A stretch of DNA of 64,000 nt from Phoronis australis (Eukaryota; Animalia; Phoronida): assembly GCA_002633005.1 (NCBI GenBank), contig NMRA01000029.1:1407796-1471795 (forward strand). The letters are read 5' to 3'. Of this stretch, positions 1 through 11,170 are shown one piece after another. Below the pieces are notes generated by a model that worked only from the letters and a program-made list of their open reading frames with translations, had not been told where the DNA came from and did not search any database. Position numbers and translations under genes: made by a program. Positions within the stretch are counted from its first letter, which is position 1, and every line of letters begins with the position of its first letter.

Positions 1-19
1 ATGTGCCAAAAATGCTCTT

Positions 20-25
20 TTTATT
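20..25 (-). terminator. Candidate polyadenylation signal AATAAA
   Basis: TTTATT on the plus strand about 2 kb downstream of the stop codon. It is the only canonical hexamer I noticed in that stretch. Confidence 0.4.
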
Positions 26-248
26 TTAAAAACGAGAATGCCCACAATTTCACCGAGTTATTGTCTGAAGGCAGATGTGGTACAGAACTTAAGAGTGGTA
101 TAGCATTTACAATTCCATTTGTCGGCCATATTACGTCCTAAGCTGGAGATATTTTTACCCAGCAGCATCAGTCATATACTTCCAACTCAGACTCGGTGGG
201 AAACTGGTGCTAAATTATGAGCAGAACGGTGTTCATATTGGCTTCAAA

Positions 249-308
249 CGTCTTAAGTAACAAGATATTCTATCCATTCGTCTTAAGTAACAAGATATTC
301 TATCCATT
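249..308. repeat. Perfect 30-bp tandem duplication in the putative 3' UTR
   Basis: CGTCTTAAGTAACAAGATATTCTATCCATT x2. Confidence 0.9.
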
Positions 309-660
309 CAGGACCTACGTCAAAAGCAACCACACCAACCGACAACAAAATGGCTGACCACCTAAACCATCCTTTGCAAGTTACACAGTACTAAGTTGGA
401 CTATAGCAGTGGCTGCAATGAGGTGTGCCCATAACACATCTTAGTAAGACTACGCACTAAACAATCTGTAAGTACAGAAATTCATCACGTTTGTGAATTC
501 ATTTCCACAAATTACAAGATAAATTGACTGAAACAAAACTGTGCTTCTCAGTTAACAGACCACTGTACCAACAAACAAGGTTGGAAGTGTATCGTTAATT
601 AAAGCTTGCCTACCAATGCTCAACAAAAGCAGAACGGAAAATGAGGTCTAAACACCTAAT

Positions 661-770
661 GGTAATGGTCGGATAAAACCTGGCCACATTTGGAGAACCA
701 GGTTTCTCCACAGAATAATGGGCATCAAACTGGTTCTCAAAATATGGCCACGTCATATCTGACTATTGCC
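661..770. repeat. Imperfect inverted repeat (41-bp arms, 28-nt loop)
   Basis: 661-701 matches the reverse complement of 730-770 at 33/41 positions. Confidence 0.8.
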
Positions 771-2044
771 CGCCTAATCACCATACATGGTGCTTGTTTA
801 GTAGTCAGTGTACATATCGTGTAACCACTACACAACAATTACACAATACACAGACCGCATACTCTGTACACTATAATACACATGGGAGGAAATACTGCAG
901 GGTTCCTGTCACTTCACAGAGCAGAAAGCTCCACTTTCCACCGCCTTACTTGTGCTCTGGCATGGTGTTGCAGTGGAGTTAGCTTAGCAGTCTGCTTCTT
1001 ACTGATATTGTCTGTGTTAAATAATCAACACTATACAATATCAGTGTGCTAAATGCAAACAATAATGAGAAGTCATGGAACAGACAGATGTAGGTCATCG
1101 ACAATAAGTGGTACAAAATGCCAAAAAATAACCACAACTAAGTGTAGTTAGATTATCAAAGGCAACTTTTCACATCTCATGGCTAGGACTACTGCACTGT
1201 GAGCTACCGAAGTTTGCCTGTACATAAATTCACCAACAAATGGCTAAGGGTCAAGCGACAGACACGGCAGGGCAGAGAAAGATTCAATTCATGCGAAGAC
1301 ATCCTGAGTAATTCGTTCACAATGTGGACACAGGGAATGATGGAATAAAACACCACTGGCTCCTGCTCAATTCTCCAAACTAAGACAACTTTGCATTTTC
1401 TACATAGCTTGCGTTCAGAAAAGTCACGTTCATCCTTTTGGCTTAACCGTGAGCACAGAGCCACAACTCCACTGAGAATGATTTCAAGCCAGAAAAAAAC
1501 AAAGCCACCAGTCCCAATCTCGACTTCACAGATTGGATCGAAAACCCTTACTTGTCCGTTTCTACGAAATAATTGTGAAAGTAATTGAGATAGTCGACAC
1601 AAAACATAAAGTCAATCTAGGTATAGGTGTGCAAGTATAATCCCGCGTCTCAAAAGAAGATCGCCTTCATTTCCACCACTCAATTACCAGTGAATCAGAA
1701 GACCAGGCAAACTGCTACAGAAGTTTTTTATGCTAATGAGATAAAATTAAAGAGTTTAGGATCTTGTAAATCTCTGGGTAGAGTAATAATTTAATACCTG
1801 AACATGTTTCATTCAAACAGAACTAAATATATTAATGTTAATATTAAGTAACTAGACTGGAGTTATTTACAACTGGCAAAAACAGAACTGTCCCACAAAA
1901 CAGCGTGGACACAACAGGCTCCCGTGGGCGACGCATATTCGCCACGGGAACAACAACAGTAAACGTCAACAATATTCTCTCTTGCTCTCCACCAGAGGTC
2001 AGAACTAGGAATGTAGGAGCAGCCCTGGGTAATCAGGTCGGCGA

Positions 2045-2169
2045 TCATCGGCCATCCAGGCTGGCATTTCCAAACAACTTGGCAATCTGTTCTTCATAAT
2101 GCTCAAAGTTACGTTTCATGATGTCCATACAGGGTCCCAAGAGGCGTTCAAATGCCTGCACATCCAAAA
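2045..2169 (-). CDS. PRKAR2: PKA-RII coding exon 13 (C-terminus and stop)
   Basis: ttacag|TTTTGGATGTG...CGATGA encodes (I)[40 protein letters not shown], the typical RII C-helix with capping Tyr. Confidence 0.96.
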
Positions 2170-3203
2170 CTGTAATAACAATGATGATAATCACATGAAT
2201 GTTTACAATAACAATAAAAAAACTCTAAATACAGTAGTCATTCAGGTGACGTTAAATAGGTCAATCTTCATCATGGCAACGAGAGCATGAATGGAACTCC
2301 ATGATCCAGTACAAAAGTATTTTATTTAGTATTAAATTGGTACCATGATAGCAATTGCACATAAAACATACCCTCCTTAATGACAACGAAATCCCATGAG
2401 AGAACGTCGCCAGTTCACCCATGGTTGCGGCAGAATGAACACGAAGGGAGGCCATAAACTAATCTTTCCTAAAATTTATGCGTTTGTGACATTCTAATGC
2501 CAAAACCAGGCAAGAACAGGATAATATAAATCTCGTCTGGCTAGCCCAATCCCTGAGTTACTTCCACTTTACCAAAGTGGCAACACTTAAAGGACTTTTT
2601 GGTGCGTACATGTACCTATAGTTCTGAACAATTCCTGCCTGTGAGTCAGTTATTGATAGAAGTACAAGGATGAATGAGCAAGACCGGCCCCAGGGTGCGA
2701 TGACACTGAGTCGTCACGCTTCTTGCATAGAGCTAACTTACCTCCACAAATTACTACAAAGAGTCTAGACATTGACAATAACAATCAATATATAATCAAT
2801 AATGCATGCCTCATAAATGAAATCTGAGCTAGTGTGAAAACGCAGCTACAACTAAAGTTACTCAGCTGAATCACTATCAAGTGACCTCCCTTCACAAGAT
2901 TAAGTCACTATCCAACAAATTATCAAAATCAGTCTCACTTTCCATTAGTGCGCTATAGAAACAACTGAACCAAATTTTTGCTCCCAATTCTCGCCTTTTC
3001 GTTAATTGTTGCACTCTCAAGCTGGCCAGACAAAGGAAATCCGACGGGTGACACACGCAAAACAAAATCCTCAAGGTTCCTTTTGCAGCAGACACAAGTA
3101 ATGAGCCGTGGTCGTTAGCATTTGAGGCACCTTGCTTGCTGTTTACTATGGCCCCAATGACAAACTTATAGCAAATTCATTCCTATCTAATGGCAGTACT
3201 CAC

Positions 3204-3272
3204 TAGCACATTTAGTAGTCCCCTCAGCATATGCTGACGCAGCTCGGGGTTCCTTTGTGACTAGGGCTAACT
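3204..3272 (-). CDS. PRKAR2: PKA-RII coding exon 12 (CNB-B phosphate-binding cassette)
   Basis: tttcag|AGTTAGCC...GTGCTA|gtgagt encodes (E)LALVTKEPRAASAYAEGTTKCA(I). Phase 1-1. Confidence 0.95.
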
Positions 3273-4594
3273 CTGAAACAAATGTACAAAGTTTTTATCA
3301 CTTTAGAAAATAATGCGGCAAAGCACAAAATGAAGAGATACAAAATATACCCGAACAATAGCTATTTACGTGGGTTCTGGATTTCGAGAACCAGTTTATT
3401 GCCGGTTGTTCAGAGGAGGAAACTTTTTCTCAAAATGTCGGACCCAACACCCATACCCAAGGAATGGTGAACAGTGAATAGTTTCGTTAGCATTTAGTTC
3501 CTGGAAGATACAGCACAAGTAATCTGATAAAATACCGCTTCCTCATCATGACAGTTACCTAAACATCATTCAACGTATTCTGGGGCCGAATTCTACCAGT
3601 GATCCTTGCAAGGAATACCGTGTTATTTTGTCTCATTATTTTTGAAATGTACTCTAATATCACAACAGATGTGTTTATAACTAAAACAGACCATCACTGA
3701 TTACAAAATCGTGATGAAATTACAGAAAAAAATTTCCTAGATTATTTCGTCCATCTTCTGTCGGTGGATCTTCAAAAAAGTCATTTAAGTTAAAAACATA
3801 TGAGGCAATGGAAAGGCATTTTTTTACGAAAACACCTAAATTCAAACAACATTTAGTATTGGCCAAACATTGTCTTTTCAATCAAAATGACCCACTTGAC
3901 TTCAGCTCCTAAGGACCACAGATTTTTCAACATCAAAAATAAAAGAACTTTTAGAATATATCGGGTGCCCCAAAAATGTCAATTTCAAATCTACCACTGC
4001 AAAACTTCTTTACCAGACACTATCTGTACACCAATCCCTGCTAATCACGATGTACTTTTGATACTGTCAGAATAAAGCTAGAACTCCCGAAGTATATTGT
4101 GTTTCTTTATAACTAAAACCAAAACAAACAAGTTCAAAAAAGGAAAAACATGGTGCTGGAATTATATTGATTTCCTCAGCTGAAGCGAAGATCGTTTTAC
4201 CTCGGAAAAGTCAGAAATTGTACTAGAGAATAGAGTAGAAACTTAATGAAAATGAACCTTTAAGATCAAGTTTTGTTTCGTGGGAAATAAGGCAGAGAAG
4301 AAATTCTCAAAAGGATTTAGAGGATGAAAGAAAAGACTGTGACTCCCTATAGGTGAAGGCGGAGCCAACATAGTTGAGACTGAAATGACAGGTGCTATGT
4401 CTTGTACACAATTCTTAATGGAATACCAGTACTTCACAGTCTTGGAGAAAACTGATTAAATATTACCTTATGCCAACAAGAATGGTTTTTGGTACTTAAT
4501 AAATTGCACAAACACTGGAGGTCAAAAAGCGATCTGGTCATTTTTGAAACACTTGACCCATGTCCATTCATCAAGGACAATTAAATCTACTCAC

Positions 4595-4649
4595 CTCCAA
4601 AATAATCGCCTTTACTAAGGGAAGCTACTTCTACTTCTCCTTCGGCTCC
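4595..4649 (-). CDS. PRKAR2: PKA-RII coding exon 11
   Basis: tcacag|GGAGCC...TTTGGAG|gtgagt encodes GAEGEVEVASLSKGDYFG(E). Phase 0-1. Confidence 0.94.
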
Positions 4650-5757
4650 CTGTGAAATACAATCTGGTTTGCAACATAGCCAATAGATGTCAGTAATAGC
4701 GATTAGACAAAAGACTAACTCAAGGTAGTTTGTCAACCATGGTGATGTCATTTTATGTTTTGTTGAATAACTCCATTTTCAATCCATAGTAACGTCAGGA
4801 ATGTTCAATGACTGAAAATTTCCAGATCACGCCTTCAAACGTCACGAAATTGTCCATAATCAAGTAACCAGCAATCTTGTGAACATTATCTTTGAACATG
4901 AATTTTTATTTGAACTGTATTTTCTCACAGCCAAGCTCCTGCTGTGTGAAGGAAGATAAAAAATCTGAGACACCTCAACTGTAGACCAGAAAATAAGTTG
5001 TGTTAAATAAAACGCTATTCCGGTTCTGAACTAACCTTGGTTAATTACACTCAAGATCTTGAATGATACATTTCAGGCTGGGACCAAAGCAGCGGAATAA
5101 CTGGCCAAAAGTCATTATAGAAAAAAACACATGCACAAGCGGTAAAACAATTTCAATACATTAAATTACTTCAGACCAAAATTGCATAATATTTAACAAA
5201 ATTCGCCCCAAGGAAGGACTGTTACCTAAGTATACGAACATAACATAAGTGTACAAAGTTTCATTCAAATTGGACCAAGCACTTAATTTAAAGAGAAAAT
5301 TTCAAAAGTCTTATGACCATCGAAAATGGACAAGCATGAAAATGGCTGACAAAGATTTATTACGTAATAAAAAACAATACTGTCTCAAGAAACTTGCATA
5401 TTTGGTACTTTAAGTGATGTGTTTAAAGGAATCTTATGTATGGCATTCGAAAATAAAGATATATGGAAACGGTTGGAATGATGAAACACATTCTTGCAAA
5501 GCTTGGTGCTTTTCACAGCTAGATTTGACAACAAAATTCATTTAAATCTACAAAGATTGATGAGAGTTTCTTTGAATACAAATTTTGCACAAGTTCTGGA
5601 CAAAATTCTAACACTAGGAGCAGCATAATATCAGTGGAGAGATGATTTAAGTCCAAGATTCATTCAGAAGAAAGGTCTGAAATCAAAACAAAGAACTTGT
5701 CTTGCATTAAGTGAATACTGTCTTAAAGAAGGGTGATTCTGCGTTAATAATACTTAC

Positions 5758-5826
5758 TGCGTGCGTCATTTTTATGCGGACGTTGCCACTTTCAACAAAG
5801 TACATGCAGTCTGCCTTGATATCTCC
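5758..5826 (-). CDS. PRKAR2: PKA-RII coding exon 10 (CNB-B)
   Basis: tcacag|GGAGAT...CACGCA|gtaagt encodes GDIKADCMYFVESGNVRIKMTHA. Phase 0-0. Confidence 0.94.
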
Positions 5827-6500
5827 CTGTGATGATAAAAGGTTGATGTCGGCATAAGTGTATCGATGGACAATACATGTTCCAGACATGTGACCTGGAC
5901 ACGATATGCGTCCTAGATAAAACGCATGCCGGACGCAATATGGCTACCGAACACAGCACATGTACCAAAAACAACATAAATTATGTAAATAAAATTATAC
6001 CACACAATTCAATCCACAACAGCATTAAATTTAGCTTCATGAAGTGTTTCAAATTATTACCACAATAACTTCATGTTTCACTTTCTTAAGGCACATTGTA
6101 TCTAACCCTCGCACCCCCCCAATGTTTAAACAAATGTAAGTTCAAATTACAAGATTGGAAAATGTTAGTAAGACTGAAAGGTAATCCATACTTGCAATTA
6201 AATGATAAAAAGGAGACACATTCCTAACTTTGCCTAATTAGCTTGATCTAATTTTGCTAAGTATGTCCCTCTACATTTGGCCAAAACTAGTCCCAAAATA
6301 CGACGGCTTGATACAGTCAGTATGGCGGAAACATTACGATTTTGTTTCTACACGTTCAACACAGTAAATAGTAATGTTGGTTTCAATCTACAGAAGATAA
6401 AATGATAAGAACATGTAAATCTGTGGCTTAGTGCAAACATAAATCGCCATTATATCACCCCCCTACCCGAACAGTCAAGTACAGATACCCTTTAGGCATA

Positions 6501-7396
6501 CTGTATTCGTCCCAATAATCACCCAGGGCAAATAGAAAAATTCGTTTCGCAAGGGGGGCGCTTATTGTAGACTAAGGCAGTTGAAACCCAGTCTCCGAAA
6601 CAGGTGAAATCGGAAGCTAGGATTCATCAAATTTCCGCTCTGCAATGTATCTGTAGCCTAGGACAAACTTTCCACAAAATTGTGGTTGCTATCAAACTTC
6701 GTTGTTAAATTACGACCCTTTTTCAGAAAATTGTGGGGAAATCCCAGGGCAAAAACTCGCTGACTGATGCTTCCCTGCCTTGCAATTGTTGATAGAGCAA
6801 CTAGAGTTCTTGAATAAAAATTCAATTTCGACTCAGAAATTACATGAAATCCTCCTTAAGTTTTCCAAATAGCATCCCTAAGATTTCCTACGGAGTCGGG
6901 ATTAACCACAAACAAAGTCCAAATCTGCACTAGATCGCACCCCCGCAACATGAGAAAAATCTGAACGAATACACAATCATGTTGTTGTCACGTTACGTTT
7001 GTTTTGAAGTCTGTCTGCGTGTGTGTGTGTGTCGAGTGAGCGAGATTCACTCCCATTGACAAGTAAACCGTGTCTGTTTTGAAAGGCCAAACCCTAGTGG
7101 ACACGTGCCTCGCAAGATCTGCAAATTTTTTAAGTTCTTTTTGAAGCACTGCGGAAATTTGAAGTGTATAATCATGGCTAAATACCGACATAGCAGCGAG
7201 GCTAATGGACTAGAAATTTGGCACACAATGATTTTTTCAAGACTGTTGGATATTATTAACTATTTGAAGAAGTTACTGTAGGTAAGGCATTTTTCACATG
7301 TATACAAGTTCATGGGTTGGGCGCTTATTTTAGCAAAGTCTGAAAACGCGTGCGAGGTGCTTATTGAGGCATGGGCGCTTATTAGGGCGAATACGG
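6501..7396. mobile_element. pogo/Tc1-mariner-like non-autonomous element
   Basis: TA flanks on both sides. TIRs CTGTATTCGTCCCAATAATCACCC and (rc) CCGTATTCGCCCTAATAAGCGCCC. Subterminal GGGCGCTTATT repeats. Confidence 0.75.
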
Positions 7397-7579
7397 TACA
7401 AATACCATATTAAGTCAATTTACAGAAAAACTCGCAATCAAAAACGTTGCAATAACTATAATATCATTGACCAACCCTAGCATATAATCTGGCCGCTGCG
7501 TGCCAGCGAGACGTTTTTGTCTGTACAGTACTAGTACCTAAACACTGGCAACAGGACTCCTCCACATGGTAATACCTAC

Positions 7580-7654
7580 CTGTAAAATAATGGCTTCTCC
7601 TGTCTGGTAAGTTTTGGAGGTTAAGGCGTCAGCCACATTCATCCGTTCATAGTT
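7580..7654 (-). CDS. PRKAR2: PKA-RII coding exon 9
   Basis: tttcag|AACTAT...TTACAG|gtaggt encodes NYERMNVADALTSKTYQTGEAIILQ. Phase 0-0. Confidence 0.95.
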
Positions 7655-7657
7655 CTG

Positions 7658-7898
7658 AAATAGCAATGTTTAGTGATGATGCATGTGATACTATTATGAC
7701 CCTCAAATAGCAATGTTTAGTGATGATGCATGTGATACTATTATGACCCTCAAATAGCAATGTTTAGTGATGATGCATGTGATACTATTATGACCCTCAA
7801 ATAGCAATGTTTAGTGATGATGCATGTGATACTATTATGACCCTCAAATAGCAATGTTTAGTGATGACGCGTGTGATACTATTATGACCCTCAAATAG
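7658..7898. repeat. 47-bp minisatellite, 5 full copies plus a partial
   Basis: Unit AAATAGCAATGTTTAGTGATGATGCATGTGATACTATTATGACCCTC starts at 7658, 7705, 7752, 7799, 7846 and 7893. Confidence 0.97.
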
Positions 7899-8219
7899 GA
7901 ACAGAAATCTATGGTGAAAGATGCTGCAAGGGATTAGATTACATGGTCTTATTACTTATCATAAAGCAATCTTTGAGAGTTGGTGAGCCTAATTCATTGT
8001 TAACGACCAATGTAATTGATATGGTAGTTCTTTGCATAGGCTTCAGCAATAGTTTGAACATAGAGTCAGAGGTAAACCAACCCAACTTAAGCTAACATAC
8101 TTCTTAATGTGGGGACAACGAGAAGCACGATGCCATCACCACGTGCTAACAGCTGACGAAACTCGTTAGATTTTAACGAACCTGCGACTTTTCAGCCACA
8201 GCAGAACAAGCCAACTTAC

Positions 8220-8321
8220 ATTGAGCGTTTTGAGCATAGGAACATTTTCTAGCAGTGTCTCGTACATCTTCCGCTTATTGTAAGCATTTTTAAGAATTAT
8301 CCGCCTAAACGTAGATCGGTC
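8220..8321 (-). CDS. PRKAR2: PKA-RII coding exon 8
   Basis: ttgcag|GACCGA...CTCAAT|gtaagt encodes [34 protein letters not shown]. Phase 0-0. Confidence 0.95.
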
Positions 8322-8650
8322 CTGCAACACAAAAGCCACTTTTAAGTATTGGTTGATGTAGATTTCAAGAGCAGTGATGTGAACGAACTGATGCACGTGA
8401 AGAAAAAAGATGGGCATACGTGAGAACACGACTACTACGAAAAATATCAGAAAATGCTGCTTAAAATAAATGCAACAGAAGGCTATTTATAACGATATCA
8501 GGAACCAACATGATGTCAGGAAGCCACTGCGACATCATATCATACACGCTCAACAACATCAGGTTTCATTGCACACCCAAATTAAACTAGTCATTGTAAC
8601 TCCCCTCCATTTGAGCCAAGGTGGTGCTCAAAGTCAGGGCCATTACCTAC

Positions 8651-8804
8651 CATGGCCCATAGCAGGCCGTCAGAGCGGGCAATAATTGTGGCTGCACGAG
8701 GCATGTTGTACATAAGTGCCAATTCGCCAAAACTTCCCGAGTCCTGGTACCTCATTACGGATTTGTCCACTCCGTCCACATTGACGAACACCTCGAAGAT
8801 GCCA
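8651..8804 (-). CDS. PRKAR2: PKA-RII coding exon 7 (CNB-A phosphate-binding cassette)
   Basis: tttcag|TGGCATC...GCCATG|gtaggt encodes (S)[51 protein letters not shown]. Phase 2-0. Confidence 0.96.
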
Positions 8805-9627
8805 CTGAAACAAAGGTCAACAAAGGTCAAAATTTAGAACAGGGGTGGACTGATCTATTGAGAAACAGAACAATATGCACCAAGTTGACACCACAGTCCA
8901 CTGTACTCTATGTTGTCAGGAACACTATTAAGACAACAAAAGAAAGCTTAGGAAGTGTACTTTAACTTGATCTTACAGTAAGTAAAGCTTGCAAAACATC
9001 CGCTTCATCAAGGTGGCTGTCATTTTCAGCCGATATCATGAAGATACAATAGCTATAATGACAAAATTCTCACTGCGCCATTCACCATCTCATTTACCAC
9101 CTCACAAAACATTCAATTAATGCTTCCAAGGAAAACAGGTCTGTCAACGACGTGAAGTTAGGAAGGTTACAACAAACAGTAACTAAACGTGACTTTCCAG
9201 ATGGAACAAACAAAAAGCACTTCAAGGACTACCACGTCAAGGGTTGTTGTGCGAGTAGCTTCAAAAAGGTTACTACCAGGAAGCATACAAATTAAAAGTT
9301 GACAGAACGCCTTTTCTAACAAACACAGTGAGTGTCTGACACCAGTCAATTAAAGATTACCACCAATTAGTTTCAATGTGCTTGTGTTTGAATCCAAGCT
9401 CAGGTGATACTGGCCACAAATTAACTAAAAATTTTTATTTTCAAATTTACGCCGTTTCATCACTCGGCTTCAAAACAAGCAACATAGCTTTTCTACAATT
9501 ATGAACTCGGTCATGGCATGAAAAGCAACTTTGAGTCTATTTTTAAGGATCACCCCAGCAGACAGGAAACAAACTCCCAACACAGAGGTCAAGAAGACAG
9601 AACAAATAACTTCTGGTCTCACCCTAC

Positions 9628-9692
9628 CTGTCAATGACGTAGAAGTTGTCTCCGTCATCACCTTGGTCGATAACATGATCGTCAGGTTGAAC
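9628..9692 (-). CDS. PRKAR2: PKA-RII coding exon 6 (CNB-A)
   Basis: cggcag|GTTCAA...GACAG|gtaggg encodes VQPDDHVIDQGDDGDNFYVID(S). Phase 0-2. Confidence 0.94.
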
Positions 9693-11170
9693 CTGCCGGA
9701 AACAAATTACATGAAGGAACTTGTTATTGTGTATTTCATACGTCACAGGGAATAATAAAGATATCCCATTGTGCTGGAATTAAGGCTTCCTAAAGGTCAT
9801 GAGCCCACCCACATGTAGCTAAGCTAGGTTATCACATCACTTTCGAGAGCTAATGTAACAATTGTTCTTAGAATTGCTGTTATCAGTCAACAAACACTGG
9901 TTTTGACCATGACGCGAACTCCTTGAAGAATAAAATAATGCATAACATGTTTAAGCGCACCCCCATGTAAATGACTGAGTTGTCGTGACTGTGAAGATCA
10001 CTTGGGAAAAAGGTAGACATTACAATTCCCGGACTATCTACCTTCAATGGCTTATTAAACTGGATTGTGAAGGGTATCAGTGCACCACTACACGTGGGAT
10101 GACCCCGTGTATCTCACTGATGACTCTATGTGTTCGTCATTGTTTTGACTTTTGAGTTCAGAGAAGTTTGCTTAGGTCAACCGGAGGTGAGAAGTTTATT
10201 CTCTGCAAGCACCTACAATTATACTGAATCAGCCAATTTACTATGAAACTTGGCATATAAAAGTCTGTTGACTTATAGGCAATGACGTCCGTGAAAATAA
10301 GGCCATCCGATAATATTCGAATATAAGGCAATAAAAATACACTAGGTTCAAAGGTATCAGTGTGTGGGTGTGGATCATGTGCTGCCATTATCACCTCCGA
10401 AAACACAGCACACAGTCAATGCTGTCTACGAGTGCTCAAACTGGCGATTTTTTTAAATCAATCAGTGCATGTTAAGTATGTTATTTGGACGATCCGGGCA
10501 AATGGGGCAAAAAGTGGATTCCAAATTACTGCGACAAATGCTGCATGCACAAATCTTCAAATTGGCATCACGTGAAATCAATACGTAGTGAGGCATGCTC
10601 CGTATGACCATCAGCTAAAGCTCTCGATACTCAACTGTTAAGAAAATTGCAAAACACCGTACCACCTGAGACCAGATTAAGTATATTAAGAGACTCTTAG
10701 ACTGCAGTGACCGCACCTCATGTGCTAGATTAATAAAATATTTCTTCAATTCTCAGCACCCTTCTGTTTCAAGTGATGCACAAGAAATACATTTAAACAT
10801 TTTTTCAGACAGATTACTTTAAAACAATCTCAATTAAACTATAGCTAATGAAAAAGCACAATACATCTGCTAGCAAAGACCAAGTCAAAATCAATAACTA
10901 AGACACACGTTAGACACACTGGTCTTCTGCCTAAGGCAGCAATTGTTCTTTACTTATGATCATTACTGGTATTGCCACTGCAGCTGAGGTTAATATCGTA
11001 GTAATTATTACAGTTATTAGCTTTTTCCAATCAAGTCAGCTTGGATTGGATGACAGGATATATGACTATTTGTGGTCAGTTACGATTAAACTCTGCAGCT
11101 GATCTTCAAATAAGTTCCATAAGGAGCCGTAGCTCCTCTAATTTAGTGTCCACCTCGGCAAATACATTAA

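Larger units (their letters stand above)
1..2044 (-). other. Putative 3' UTR of PRKAR2
   Basis: Lies downstream of the stop and is U-rich on the minus strand. AATAAA (minus) at 20-25, ATTAAA near 1790, Pumilio-type TGTAAATA at 1864-1871. The true 3' end cannot be determined from sequence. Confidence 0.55.

Noticed and set aside
1204-1602. 132-aa minus-strand ORF downstream of the stop
   Set aside because: Non-ATG start and no motif. It lies in the presumed 3' UTR. Stop-codon readthrough is also unlikely, because the TGA is followed by another in-frame TGA after three codons.
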